NCBI RefSeq assembly: GCF_006345805.1
Contig: NC_042997.1
Coordinates: 184,946,001 to 185,010,000, forward strand
DNA length: 64,000 nucleotides
From: Octopus sinensis
Lineage: Eukaryota
Direction of reading: 5' to 3'
Made by a program: the position numbers and the translations under genes. Of this stretch, positions 12,978 to 26,146 are shown piece by piece; position 1 is the first letter of the stretch; each line of letters begins with the position of its first letter. A model generated the notes under the pieces. The model did no database searches. It was not told the DNA's origin and saw nothing but the letters and a program-made list of their open reading frames with translations.

Positions 12978-13801
12978 AAGCACTTTGGGTAGGAACCGGA
13001 AATAGAGGTATGAACGCGCAATGCGCATGTGTACACTGGATACGTAAAACGGAAGTGAAGAATACAAACGCAATGCACACTTAATATCTCATGCAGCTTT
13101 GCTGCAATTTTCTTGTTGAATTTCAAATCCGCTAATCGTAGATGCATAAATATTAGAAACGGCTGTTTGCTGAACTAAATACGTTACATAATAACGGGCT
13201 TTGATTGGTTCCATCGATAACTCAGTCCCATTCTATACGAATTTCTCGTCTAAAACCCCAAATTAAATCTCCATAATTAGAAACGCCTTAGCATAAATTG
13301 TAATCCTGTGTTAATGCAGTACCCCATATTGAAAAGGCACGATCATTTCAAATTCTTAATTCTACTCTTGATCACGCTGTAAGACAACAGGTCAAATACA
13401 TTCACCATTAAAATAAAAAAAAAAGGAGGTGCCATAGTGTATTTTAAGTCACAAGGTTTTGGCTCCAACATCTTTCCATATCTGCCCTTCGGGATCCTCT
13501 TAGAAGTAGCAATAATCTTTTCTACTATAGGCACAAGGCCTGAAATTTTGGGTGGGGAGTATAGTCGATTACTTCAACCACAGTGTTTCACTGGTACTTA
13601 ATTTATGGACCCCAAAAGGATGAAAGGCAAAATCGAGCTCGGCGGAATTTGAACTCAGAACGTAAAGACGGAAGAAATGCCGCGAAGCATTTTACCCCGT
13701 GTACTAACGATTCTGCCAACTCGCCGCCTTCTTAGAAGTAATAATAATACAGAGAATGTCAATATAGTAACATTATCTATAGTAGTAGCAGCAGTAGCAG
13801 T

Positions 13802-13832
<31 letters not shown>

Positions 13833-14574
13833 ATAGTAGTAGTAGCTACAGTTGTTTTTTTTTGTTTTTGTTACTGCAAAAATGCACTATTAGTAGCATT
13901 GATATCTGTGATTTTACCGACTGTCGCTTAGTCCCAGGCCAACCTAATGATCACATCATTTTCTCTCTTCTTATTTTAAAACAGACAGTATGAATTGATG
14001 ATAATTTGTCTGATATTTCTAGCAGCTCGCACCACCATGTACAGGTTCCCTCGTTGTCACGTTGTGAAGTTGATAACAGCTATGACGTCAATATCATTTG
14101 ATTAACAACTCTCCAAGACGTGATCAAAATAGTGTTTGCTTTCTTCATTTTTTTCCTGTTATCTTTGAATTTATTGACTTTCTCTAATTGTTTTACTACG
14201 CAAAGTTCCATATCTCTTTCGTCTGTGAAAGAATGTTCTCTATTATATTATCAACTACGAAATATTCTATTTGTTTCATATCTTATAGAAGAATGTTAGA
14301 AATCAAAGACGCATAACGCATAAATGAACGATACAACAAAAAAAATCAAACGTAATTTAAATCAAATAAGTCATATAACTAAAGCTGGAATATTCTAAAT
14401 GAAATATTTTACTTAGGATGTCTAGTTTTCACATTTGCTTCCTATTGTATTTTATAGTGGTTTCAAATTTTGGCACAAGGCCAGCAATTTGGGGGTAGGG
14501 AGTAAGTCGATGACATCAACTTCCCAAAAGGATGACAGGTAAAGTCGATAGAATTTGAACTCAGAACATCTTCT

Positions 14575-14908
14575 TAGACCCCCATCGGTCATGAATGACC
14601 ATGGGATTGCACCTAGAAAGTTACCCTCCGAGGCACAAGTCCGGGCAAGGTTGTTTATGAAAGGCCAGCAGTTGCCCATGCATACCAGCCTTCTCTCTCC
14701 ATGCTACCGATGTTATCCAAGGGAAAGGCAAAGGCCGATACAGCTTGGCACCTGTGACGTCGCAATTCATTTCTACAGTTGAGTGAACTGGAGCAACGTG
14801 AAATAAAGTGTCTTGCTCAGGAACATAACACACAGCCCGCGGTCCGAGAATCGAGCTCACAACCGCACGATCGTAAGCTCGACGCTTTAACCACTGAGCC
14901 ATATGCCT
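14575..14908 (-). mobile_element. tRNA-derived SINE family F
   Basis: Minus head ggcatatggctcagtggttaaagcgtcg..ctcgattctc; central gtgttcctgagcaagacactttatttcacgttgctccag is shared with family E. Confidence 0.75.
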
Positions 14909-15232
14909 TCACACTCAGAACATAAAGACAGACTTAAGCATTTTGTTCGGCTTGCTAATAATTCTACCAGCTCGCCGCCTTTGTTGTATCGTCTATTAAT
15001 TAAACTGGTGAAGGTGTTACTGCTGCGGTTCACGGTGTGAAGCAGTGTAATTTGAAAAATTAGTAGTGTATCTATCTGTTGGCATTGGCAGTATTGCAAC
15101 ATTAATGTGATTAGTATTGATATGTTTTGCTATTGTGATGGGGGTTCAAATGTTGGGCACAATATTGAATAATCTATGGTTCGCAGCTGCTCATTTACTG
15201 TGTACTATGCAACTACAAAAAAAAAAAATGTG

Positions 15233-15710
15233 AAGGCGAGTGGCTTTGTGGTAGGTGTGTTAGCATCATGATCGTAAGATTGTGGTTTCGATTCCTGGAC
15301 CGGGCGACGCGTTGTGTTCTTGAGCAAAACACTTCATCTCACGTTGTTCCCGTCCCCTCAGCTGGCAAAAATGAGTAACGCTGCGTTGGACTGGTGTCCC
15401 GTCCAGCTGGGGAACACATACGGCATTGAATCCGGGAAACCGGGCCCATGAGCCTGGCTAGGCTTTAAAAGGGTGTATGTGGAGGCACATGGCTTAATGG
15501 TTAGGGTGTCAGCATCATGATCGTAAGATTGTGGTTTCGATTCCCGGACCGGGCTACACGTTGTGTTCTTGATCAAAACACTTCATTTCACGTTGCTCCA
15601 GTCCACTCAGCTGGCAAAAATGAGTAACACTGCGATGGAAAACATACGCCATTGAAACCAGGAAACCGGGCCCATGAGCCTGGCTAGGCTTTAAAAGGGT
15701 GCATTTATTT
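15233..15710 (+). mobile_element. SINE family E, tandem dimer
   Basis: Two head-to-tail copies (about 15233-15476 and 15477-15710), each ending ggctaggctttaaaagggtg. Confidence 0.85.
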
Positions 15711-16140
15711 TATTTATGCAACTCAAAAACCGAGTCGAGCCCATGTAACTTGGTATTAACACAGTAACATTGTCAAGTGTTCTGTTTGCTGCTGGTAATT
15801 TCGTGAAGGCACGCTGTGAGCATATCTTACAATAATGGCCTTCGTGGTTGTAGTTTTGTTCAAGGGACCTCTGTATATTGTAACTTCATATCTGTTCCTG
15901 CGACCAACAGTTATGAGAAAATTCACACGCTTAGAGTCATGAGAGAATGTTAATACACAAAAGGTGAATGAGTATATCTATTTATTTACACTCGGGTACA
16001 TAATATATTTGCCTGCATTTGCTTTCGTTTTTGAAGATAAAGAACGGCAAGTTCTCAATCGTAACTCATTCCTTTCTCTCACATCTCTCATTATCTCTCA
16101 TCGCGCGTGTGCGCGTATGTGCGCATGTGTGCGTATGTGT

Positions 16141-16190
<50 letters not shown>

Positions 16191-16499
16191 TGCATGGCTG
16201 TGTATCAAACATAGGCGTCTTTGGAATTCTTATCATTTCTGCATCTAATCATCTGAACGTTTAATGAAATCTCTGTCTATGTAAGCCGTGATGTAGCGAA
16301 CGTTGTATCGCGGGGCTGCGTTGAAAGACTTGTGTAGGATTGTTTCGTCTACTCGGGCTATTTTCTCTCTTTACAAGTACAATAACGCCCTTTAAGGGAA
16401 AATGACTCCCATCAGGGTTAGCAGGTGGAAGCGTGATAGGTCTAAATACGACATACGAACTTTTGCCTTTGACCCGATTATTCCTTATACTTTTTGTAT

Positions 16500-16724
16500 A
16501 GTAGTGTGCCTATAAAATCTCCCTCAAAGTTTAGTCTCTCTCTCTCTCTCTCTCTTTCTTCTGCTCTCTTCTCTGATTTTCTTTCTCTGTCTTCGTGCTT
16601 ATCTCTCCCAACCTTTCTCAATATTTCTCGTTCTCTCCCAACTTTCTTCCTTTCTTTCTTCCTTCTTGTCTTCCTTCCTTTCTTTCTTCCTTCCTTCGTT
16701 CCTTCGTTCCTTGCTTTCTTCCTT

Positions 16725-16764
<40 letters not shown>

Positions 16765-17150
16765 AAAAGTCTAACATTGTTATCGTACAGTTTGCATTCC
16801 AGCGTAAGGAATATTTACTCTCCCAATAACCACAACCACCACAGCCACCGCTGCGGCCCTCGTCGAAATCCTCCGCCTCCCTCTCCACCTCTTCCTTCAC
16901 CTCCTCTCCCCTCCCCTCCCTTCTATCTCAGCATTATCATCATCACCATCATCATCAATTTTTATCATTACCATCAACATTGGAATACAACATCAGGCAT
17001 GTACATGTGTGCAGAAAGCCACGAGAAAGAGAGGGACGGAAAGAAAGAACGAAAGGAGAGAGAGAGAAAGGGACGGAGAAAGAGAGAAAGAAAGAAAGAG
17101 AGAGACAGTACTGACCGAAAACAAGAGAAGTCAAGATGTGTGTGTGTGTG
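16500..17150. repeat. CT-rich, then CCT/CAT and GA-rich low-complexity block
   Basis: Direct reading. Confidence 0.85.
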
Positions 17151-17976
17151 TGCGTGGGAGATGTCGAAACAGCAGGGTAGTGCTGTAATCATTCACTAAC
17201 GCACACTCCAATAACATCGTATAGATATGTTTATCTCTATAATGCTATAAAATCCTATATCTTAATGTATGTGTCTGAAATATTTATGTAAACAACATAT
17301 CGCTTACCAGTCTTTATCTAACAAGTGGTAAATTATATACGTATGTATGTGTGGTGGGGTGCGCATAAAAGCACTAAGGGTGGCCGGAGACGATGAGGAC
17401 ACACAATAGCAGCAAACATATATATTTTCACTCCTAATGGATTTCCTTATCTCGTTTCAATACTTCCTTTTTTTTTTTTTGCTTTCGGTCTCTTTATGTG
17501 TTTATTGTTTCACTTCGATTTTTCTCTTTATATTCTAGTTTTTAAAAACAACTTATTTCGGTCTGTAACCCTACCCGACCCGACCCGTTCCTGTACAGTT
17601 AGTTTACAAATGTTATTGTTTGCAGTGAAGTTAAAATGAATCCTTTGTCGGTTTAGATGCTGAATGCCCCAGTTGTTCGATCAACAGAAATACTTACTTA
17701 CTTAACTCGTTGAATTATTTTCTGTAAAGTGGTTGAGTGTATTTCATAGACGTTTTGTACACGTTTGTACACGTCAGGCAGAATCAGCGTGACAGTGTGC
17801 GACAAGATTGGCCCCTTTGAATTACAGCTTCAGTCCATCCGACAGGCTGTCACTCAGACTCTATCCAGAACTGCCAGATCAATTACATGAAAACTAGCGT
17901 AAAACTTTCGACAAATAGGTGATTGTGTTAGAAAAGCGAAAGAAGGTGGACATTTTGTTAGTAAACTAATAGACAC

Positions 17977-18007
<31 letters not shown>

Positions 18008-18010
18008 TAC

Positions 18011-18060
<50 letters not shown>

Positions 18061-18649
18061 GTTTCTTTATTGGCCACACAGGGCTGCACACAGATGGGAC
18101 AAGTTACAAGGTAGAGCTTTTCTTTTGGGGGATGAAAAAAACAAAAAAACAAAAGAAACAAAAAAAAAAGAAAAAAAAACGGGTGGCGTAGGTTTTCGAT
18201 CAAGAGGGATCGTAAAAGGGAAGAAAAGAACAAAAAAAAAAAAATTAAAAAATAAAATAAAATAAAATAAAAAAAAAGAAATGGAAAAGGAACAAAAGAA
18301 AAGAGAAATGAAAAAAGAAGAAAAAAGGGGGAAACAAAAGGGGAAGATAGATAGATAGATAGATAGATAGATACATACATACATACATACATACATACAT
18401 ACATACATACATACTACACACATATACATACCGGTATACATTTTTTTTCCCATTTATACCAAGAAGCACTGGTGCAGTTGGTTTAGTGAATAAATGCCTA
18501 AGTGACAATCTAGATAAGCTGGTGTTCTCAGAAAATGAAATAAACCGGGCAGCACGCACATTGGAAATACAATCTGTAAGTGGTATAGTAAAGATATGCA
18601 AAACTTGTCTCAAGATTAAAATGGGAATTCAGCCAAGGTTACATATTTC

Positions 18650-19070
18650 GGATCTTTTCTGTTTGAACGGCAGTTTTTAACATAATTTCTAGGTAACTAA
18701 GAAATTTTAAACTTCGTATACTGGTAGAATGTGTTTATTAAACATCTTTTTCTCTTGGCTTTATTGACAAAATTCTATAGTTTGTAAGATATTTGTTGTT
18801 CTTTTTTTTTCTTCAATTTCTGCAATTTCAACCAATCAAATACGTCTATTGAGGTAAATAACACTCTGTGCCGTATGAATATGTCCCTCGTTTAAGAAAC
18901 AGATTGGGTTTGTTTACATTTGTGAAGAAAAAAAGATACTCTTCCCCCCACCCCTAACCATAACCCTAAAATAGATTGAAATGCAATAGATCGATACTAG
19001 GGTCATAATTATGGGTGACAATTTCATATGACACCGCTAGAAAAAACTGCTGTTCAAACCGAAAAGATCC
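18650..19070. mobile_element. MITE with 30-bp TIRs and 8-bp TSD (Merlin-like)
   Basis: TIR ggatcttttctgtttgaacggcagttttt pairs with aaaaaactgctgttcaaaccgaaaagatcc; TSD catatttc at 18642-18649 and 19071-19078. GG-start TIRs with an 8-bp TSD fit Merlin (inference). Confidence 0.85.
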
Positions 19071-19106
19071 CATATTTCTACATATGTATCTTCACAGTAA
19101 CGTACA

Positions 19107-19139
<33 letters not shown>

Positions 19140-19424
19140 GGATGTATATAAACAAACTAGCCACGCAGAGCTTTTGAAAAATATCCAGGTATTCCATAAT
19201 CATAGCTCGATATATCCGCATCAATAGAATTGTTGATTTGGAACAATATGAAGGGAAGGAAAATCCAACCCTCAACTTCAAGTTTTAATCGTGGCAAAAG
19301 ATTGTCAGAACTTTTAAGGAATACATTACCTGTTTAATATTTAGTAGAAACAGAATGTGAATAGGGAGACAAATCATAACATTGTAGGCAGAGTTATAAT
19401 GATTATGTAATTTTTAAAATTTTA

Positions 19425-19726
19425 TGCGCCCTTTTCAAGCCTAACCAGGCTCATGGGCCCGGTTTTCCGGTTTCTGTGGCGTATGTGTTCTCCCCAGCTG
19501 GACGGGACGCCAGTCCGTGGCAGCGTTACTCAAGAAACAGGAAGAAAGAGTGAGAGAAAGATGGGGCAAAAGAGTACAACAGGGGTCGCCCCCCCCCCTG
19601 CCGGAGCCTCGTGGGGCTTTAGGTGTTTTCGCTCAATAAACACACACAACGCCCGGTATGGGAATTGAAACCGCGATCCTCCGACCACGAGTCCGCTGCC
19701 CTAACCACTGGGCCATTGCGACTCCA
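19425..19726 (-). mobile_element. SINE family D
   Basis: Family C-like head, family E-like tail (ccgggcccatgagcctgg.taggctt.aaaaggg). Confidence 0.85.
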
Positions 19727-20534
19727 CCATAGTGATTATACTAATCGAACTACAAAAATATACAATATGCAAGGATTTTTACCTTAAGAAATTAAATATT
19801 TAAAAAATCAAGTATCCTTAATTATAAAAATATACTGCGCAGTTAGAAATACAACATAATTTGCAACTAGCAGCCCCACGTAGCAACTCTGAATTTTTTT
19901 GATCAAATTTCCTAAAATTTTGATCAAACTAACCCTTTGGTAGACGGTCTATGTACTGATGGTTTTGTGCAATGGTATCATACTCAAGGCATAGTAATTA
20001 CGATGAAAACTCCTTAGTGAAAGCGAATAAATGCTGCGTTCGTGTTAGTTCCTATTTACTGTTAGGAGTCATGAGCGCAGTTTGACTAAATAGTTAAGAA
20101 TACCACTCCACAGCTGCAGGATCTGAGTTCATATCACTGCATCACGTTTTATGCTCACGTCATTTTGAATAGCCTTGTGGTGATCTATACCCGAGTAAAA
20201 TTGCATTGACAGAAACTGCTTAGACGCACGACTGTTCCGGTACCTGTACTTCAAATCACCTAAAGTGTATACGTATCTATGGAATGCTCCCTTGCACTTC
20301 AGTTCAGGAGCCGGTATTTCACTTGAGCAACAGATTTCCGCCACTTGTAATGCTAGAAATCATTTCACGGCCAATTCACCTTTCGACTTTCAAAGCTTTA
20401 ATCAATGGGTAAAGTTTTACTCTTTTCATTGTTGAAAATAGTAACTCAACAGATCCATAGTACGCGACAATCAACCTATTTACATAGGTCGTTGTTATTG
20501 CTTAGGTCCAAGCCAGCTGTTATTAAGAAAACCT

Positions 20535-20766
20535 TTTTTTTTACTACCCACAAGGGGCTAAACATAGAGGGGGACAAACAAGGACAGACAAGCGGATTAA
20601 GTGGATTACATCGATCCTAGTGCGCAACTGGTACTTAATTTATCGACCCCGAAAGGATGAAAGGCAAATTCGACCTCGGCGGAATTTGAACTCAGAACGT
20701 AACGGCAGACGAAATACGGCTACGCATTTCGCCCGACGTGCTAACGTTTCTGCCAGCTCACCGCCT
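20535..20766 (-). mobile_element. SINE family A monomer
   Basis: 17-bp TSD tgttattaagaaaacct at 20518-20534 and 20767-20783. Confidence 0.92.
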
Positions 20767-21486
20767 TGTTATTAAGAAAACCTATGATAGGAGGTATTCA
20801 AGCAACAAACGCATCATCTTTTTTCTGGACACAATCAACTCACCGCTACATTATCCAAAATATTTTTCTTTGCTAATTTGCGATTTCAGGGAATTTAACT
20901 GGTAGTACTAGTAGGTTGACTGACTGACTACGTACAGCTGCAGAAGACGGCGCATTTGTTTCATAATCTACTTACATATGTGTCGTTGAATTTCACATTT
21001 AGAAGAAGAAGAAGAGAAGAAGAAGAAGAAGAAGAAGGAGGAGGAGGAGGAGGAGGAGGAGGAGGAGAAGAAAAAGAAGAAAAAGAACAAGAAAAAGAAG
21101 AAGAAGAGAAGAAGAAGAAGAAGAAATTAATTCATATATTAGCATTAGTGCTGCTCAACAGAATGTAATTTTCTCCACTAAATTAGAAAGAAAATAAAGG
21201 GTCTTTATCTTTATAAGGAAGCTGAACTATCAAGGGAGTTTCTACTTGATCCATTTACCTTATCGTCGTAGCGAACAAATCTCCATATCCCATTCCCCTG
21301 ACAGAACTAGATATTTTAGACTTCGTTACATTTACAAAGATACGAAAAACATCTCTCATCATTCTTTTTTTAAATACAGGATCTTTTGCGGAAGACATCA
21401 ACTGATTACTGGTTTCCTCTTTTGACTATACACAAATTTGTAACAACCACAAGCATCCGGAATCTAAATCTACTTGGTGTATATAT

Positions 21487-21898
21487 ATATTTCTTTAATG
21501 CCCACAAGGTGATATACATAGAGAGGACAAACAAGGACAGACAAACGGATTAAGTCGATTACATCGACCCCAGTGCGTAACTGGTACTTTATTTATCCAC
21601 CCCAAAGAGATGAAAGGCAAAGTCGACCTCGGCGGAATTTGAACTTAGAACGTAACAGCAGACGAAATATCTATTTCTTTACTACCTACAAGGGGCTAAA
21701 CACAGAGAGGACAAACAAGGACAGACAAACGGGTTAAGTCGATTACAGCGACCCCAGTGCGTAACTGGTACTTATTTAATCGACTCCAAATGGATGAAAG
21801 GCAAAGTCGACCTCGGCGGAATTTGAACTCAGAACGTAGCGGCAGACGAAACACCGCTAAGCATTTCGCCCGGCGTGCTAATGTTTCTGCCAGCTCGC
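21487..21898 (-). mobile_element. SINE family A dimer
   Basis: Head plus two tandem units. Confidence 0.88.
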
Positions 21899-22039
21899 AG
21901 AATATATTTGGTGTATATGTGTCTGTGTGTGTAGGTGTGTGTGTCTGTGTAGGTGTGAATATGTATGTTCGTGCGTGTATGTGTACACCAAGAAGAGTCA
22001 AAAGTATTTTCCGTATTTCAGGCTTTAATCAATAATTAA

Positions 22040-23270
22040 AAAGCATTACAAACAAAAAGCGTTTATTCATTGTCTGTGGCTATTGTTGTGCTAGAAATCC
22101 TTTTCATGGGTATACAATGGAATGGCTGGTTTAGGAGCAAAATCTCACTGCGTCCATTTTCAACCTCATCGATATTGTCGAACCTCCCTCCGTGTAGGAA
22201 ATAAGCCATTGTTCCTAAAAGGTGATAATATGACGACGCAAGGTTTCTACTGGAGGTAGGGTGAGGCAGCACTCCTAGCTGGGGCATTGTCATGTTGTAA
22301 GAGTGCATCTTTTATTGATCAATGTCGGGTGGTAGGCTATCAAAGTACCATATAGTTGCTGTAGTTGTTGAGCATTAAGCTTAGTCATCACAGCATGACC
22401 ATCTGACATTAGCTCAACGTGTGATACCCTTCGAAATTCCACCAAACGCACAACATAACTTTCTGTTCAAACCGCCCTTGTTTGACAATACGTCCTGAAG
22501 CCTGGTAGGAACGGGGTCAATGATTTTTCAAATTAAGATTACGAAATTAGGTCCATTTTCATCTCCAGTTACAATTCGGTACCCAAAACGGCCATCTCGA
22601 GAATTTGGCAGCACTAATAATGCTCACACGTCGTTGAGCTTGACCATTGGTCAGTTCATGAGGAGCTTCACGATAGCTTCTGCTCAAAAAGCCGACCTTA
22701 TAGAGATGTCGATTGATGGCGTTTTGTGATGGAAAAGGCCAGCTGGCAGAAACGTTAACTCGCCGGGCGAAATGTTTAGCGGTATTTCGTCTGCCGCTAC
22801 GTTCTGAGTTCAAATTCCGCCGAGGTCGACTTTACCTTTCATCCTTCCGGGGTCGATTAAGTAAGAACCAGTTTCGCACTGGGGTCGATATAATCGACTT
22901 AATCAGTTTGTCTGTCCTTGTTTGTCCTCTCTGTGTTTAGCCCCTTGTGGGTAGTAAAGAAATAGGTATTTTGTGAAGGAATGCACGAGTGCTTGAACCT
23001 GGCTGTTGTTCAACCATTTCAAGTAAGGACTCATTTTCCGCAACAGAAGCCGCCTTGGTTTGCTTCCCAGGCTGGTGTCATCTTTCTTGAAACGTCTGAA
23101 ACAATTTTGGGCCACACATTGACAGCTTCTGGGCCTTCCACATCGTTAATTTCTTTTGCCACTATCCTAGTATTCAGTTCTTATTCCTACCGGTTGCGTA
23201 AAATCGTTCTATTTGCAATTTATTCACCACAATTTATCGATGCTGTAAAATAAAGAATAAGCAATTTATA
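22040..23270 (-). pseudogene. Decayed mariner transposase, interrupted by SINE A
   Basis: Fragments AQNCFRRFKKDDTSL (WF.RF..GD.SL), RHLYKVG..PHELT..Q..RV (WVPHEL), LPHPTSSRNLASSYYHL (HPPYSPDLAPSDYHL). Confidence 0.8.
22735..22968 (+). mobile_element. SINE family A nested in mariner
   Basis: TSD ttttgtga(t/a)ggaa at 22722-22734 and 22969-22981. Confidence 0.9.
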
Positions 23271-23317
23271 ATTATAGGTTTTGTTTGAAAATAAAGAATT
23301 AACAATTCAGCAATGAT

Positions 23318-23666
23318 TACTCTTTTACTTGTTTCAGTCATTTGACTGTGGCCATGCTGGAGCACCATCTTTAGTCGAGCAAATCGACCCCAGATTTGTA
23401 CACTTATTCTATCGGTCCATTTACCGAACCGCTAAATTATGGGGGCGTAAATACACCAGCATCGGTTGTCAAACACAGACATACAAACATATACACACAC
23501 ATACATATACGACGGGCTTCTTTCAGTTTCCGTCTACCAAATCTACTCACAAGGTTTTGGTTGGCCCGAGGCTATAGTAAAAGACGGATGCCCAAGGTGC
23601 CATGCAGTTCCGGGATTGAACCCGGAACCATGTGGTTCGTAAACAAGCTACTTACCACACAGCCAC
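23318..23666 (-). mobile_element. SINE family B (internal microsatellite)
   Basis: Head gtggctgtgtggtaagtagcttg; tail cagcatggcc.cagtcaaatgactgaaacaagtaaaagagta. Confidence 0.88.
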
Positions 23667-23798
23667 TAGACAACAATTCATATCAAATTGAGAATATAAC
23701 ATGAAAATACAAGCGGAAATCCGAAACAAACTTTCAACTCAACCGTGTGTGTATGTGAGTGAAGTATGTGTGTGTGTCTGTTGTTTTATATATATATA

Positions 23799-23861
<63 letters not shown>

Positions 23862-24139
23862 TTAATAAGGGTGAGAGAATTAGATACTAATTTAATAGTA
23901 TATTTATTCAACACCAAGTGGCCTAGTGCTACGAGAAACCTGGATTATTATAATATTTTATAACATATTACAATACTTTTACAAAACAAATATAAGAGAG
24001 TGGTCAATATATTGCTCACTCTAGCACCAGTTAATCCAAAAGGTTTCAACCACGAAGATACATGTTTCCCATGAAAGCCAGTACGACTGTTAGCTCACAC
24101 GGACAGGGCAAGTAAAAAATAACAAAAATACAGATTATT

Positions 24140-24217
24140 TTGGGACAGTTGTTTCGCTATCAATGAATTAAATGTAATATTACTTACAAAAAAATCCATT
24201 TGTAGCTCGTCAGCCAA
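24140..24217 (-). ncRNA. Type-I hammerhead motif (H3, left arm)
   Basis: Reverse complement of 24335-24412; stem III reads ACAACTGT. Confidence 0.8.
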
Positions 24218-24334
24218 GACTATCTGGATGAAATCCACTCATCACACGCCAGATTTTACCATAACGATAAATACGCGTATTTATCGTTATGGTAAAATCT
24301 GGCGTGTGATTGAGTGGATTTCATCCAGATAGTC

Positions 24335-24412
24335 TTGGCTGACGAGCTACAAATGGATTTTTTTGTAAGTAATATTACATTTAATTCATTGATAGCGAAA
24401 CAATTGTCCCAA
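24335..24412 (+). ncRNA. Type-I hammerhead motif (H3, right arm), canonical core
   Basis: TTGG-CTGACGA-GCTA..43 nt..TAGC-GAA-ACAATTGT-C-CCAA; GUC triplet, predicted cut after 24408. Confidence 0.88.
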
Positions 24413-26146
24413 AATAATCTGTATTTTTGTTATTTTTTACTTGCCCTGTCCGTGTGAGCTAACAGTCGTACTGGCTTTCATGGGAAACATGTATCTTCGT
24501 GGTTGAAACCTTTTGGATTAACTTGTGCTAGAGTGAGCAATATATTGACCACTCTCTTATATTTGTTTTGTTGTGTGTATATATATATATATATGTATTT
24601 AGTACCTAGAAGCTGTTAGTTCTCTCTATTAAATAAGTCCAGTATAATTTTTCAAGAATACATGTTTTACCTATATTGAGTGTCAGATGGTACACAATAA
24701 GTTTTACCAACATAGATAACATCACAGTTTCATCAATACCGTTGAGACTATTCAACTTTGCTTCTATTTCTCCCTGAGCTGATTTGTTTCAACGGCAGTT
24801 TTTATTCCTTGCGTTTTGGGGGACACATTATTTTCCTCGTAAAGCGCTCTTTTGAATTTCTGTTGATGCAAATTCCCTTCTCTTTGTGCCTTTGGAATGG
24901 TATTGACTCCACATTTTTCCAGTTTATCATTTCTCTTAAAATATCGAACCGTTCGTTGCAACTAGTAAAAACCAGAAGCAAATATTACACAATACCATGT
25001 TTATGTTGGTATGAGAGTCCACCACACAAATACCAAAAGCCTGATAATTATTCGTTTGAATATAGCACCTCTGTACTAAAAACATCACAGGAAAACCTTT
25101 GAAAGTCTTATCTGTCATGTGAAAGGATCAGAATAAAGATAACAAAAAAATATAACACTTAACTGCCGACAGGACGTTATTCATCTGCTAACAAAACAAC
25201 CAGCCCTTATTCCAACAGTAATTCGCATTCAGCATGTGAAGGGACTTACGTAGGATTTTGTTCATTCACTGATTTTTATTTGCATATGTTTTCATTTTCA
25301 TTTTTTGTTTGTTTTTGTTTTGTTTTTTTCAGAATCTGCCGAATGAATCAAAAGAACGCGTGAATAGAGATAAAAGAATACCTATGAATGGGCAAATGAA
25401 GGAAAAGCCAAAGAGCAAGCTTCATAATAACATAAACACTTCGGCGTATACATACAAGAGAGCGACATCACGTTGTGACCTCTCTATCAAATGCCACTGC
25501 TTAAACGTGATGGTACATAAGCAATAAAACGAGAGAGGGAAAGCTAAGAACAATAGCAACAAAAGCAACAGCAACAACAGGAACAATAATCAGGATAATG
25601 ACAACTACAGCTACAGAAACAACACAAACTGATAAATGAAAGATCAGAAGTTTTGTATGAATCAAGCACGATGATCAGCACTTCAGCAAACGCCTTTCTC
25701 TTTCACTATTTGGACAGGTGTTTTAGTTTTCTTTGCCTCGTATTAAGACGTGGTTTGTCTTCATTGAATCGGCGAATTAGTTAATGGGAAATGTGTTGAA
25801 ACTTTAAGGTAATAATCGCAAACATCACAAATTTGCTAAATTCCTATTGTTTCTTTTTTTCTATTTTGAATAGTTTGGTAGTGCGTCAAACGAAATTTTT
25901 TGCATGTTTGTTTACCCACTTTCAAGTTTTACGTTCAATTCCCACGCAGGTTGATATTTACAGTTCATATTTTTTGTAATGGTTAAATGAAGTGTCACTC
26001 ATTCTCAAACCCACTATCTGGCGTTGTGGATTTCTAGAATCAATAGTCAAACACAAAACCTTGTTTTTGCTATTTGCGTCCTGCGTTCAAATCCTGCCCA
26101 AATCAACTTAGCTTTTCATCTCTCGAAGATCCATATGTAAAGTACC

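Larger units (their letters stand above)
23857..24571. mobile_element. HHR-bearing element family H3 as a fold-back palindrome within (TA)n
   Basis: Arms 23981-24275 and 24276-24571, no spacer, 2 mismatches plus 1 indel; unpaired tail 23857-23980 joins (TA)n. Confidence 0.9.

Noticed and set aside
16270-16480. Complex non-repeat block with an open minus frame of about 75 codons
   Set aside because: No recognisable protein motif or splice support; could be a conserved non-coding element, but I cannot test that.
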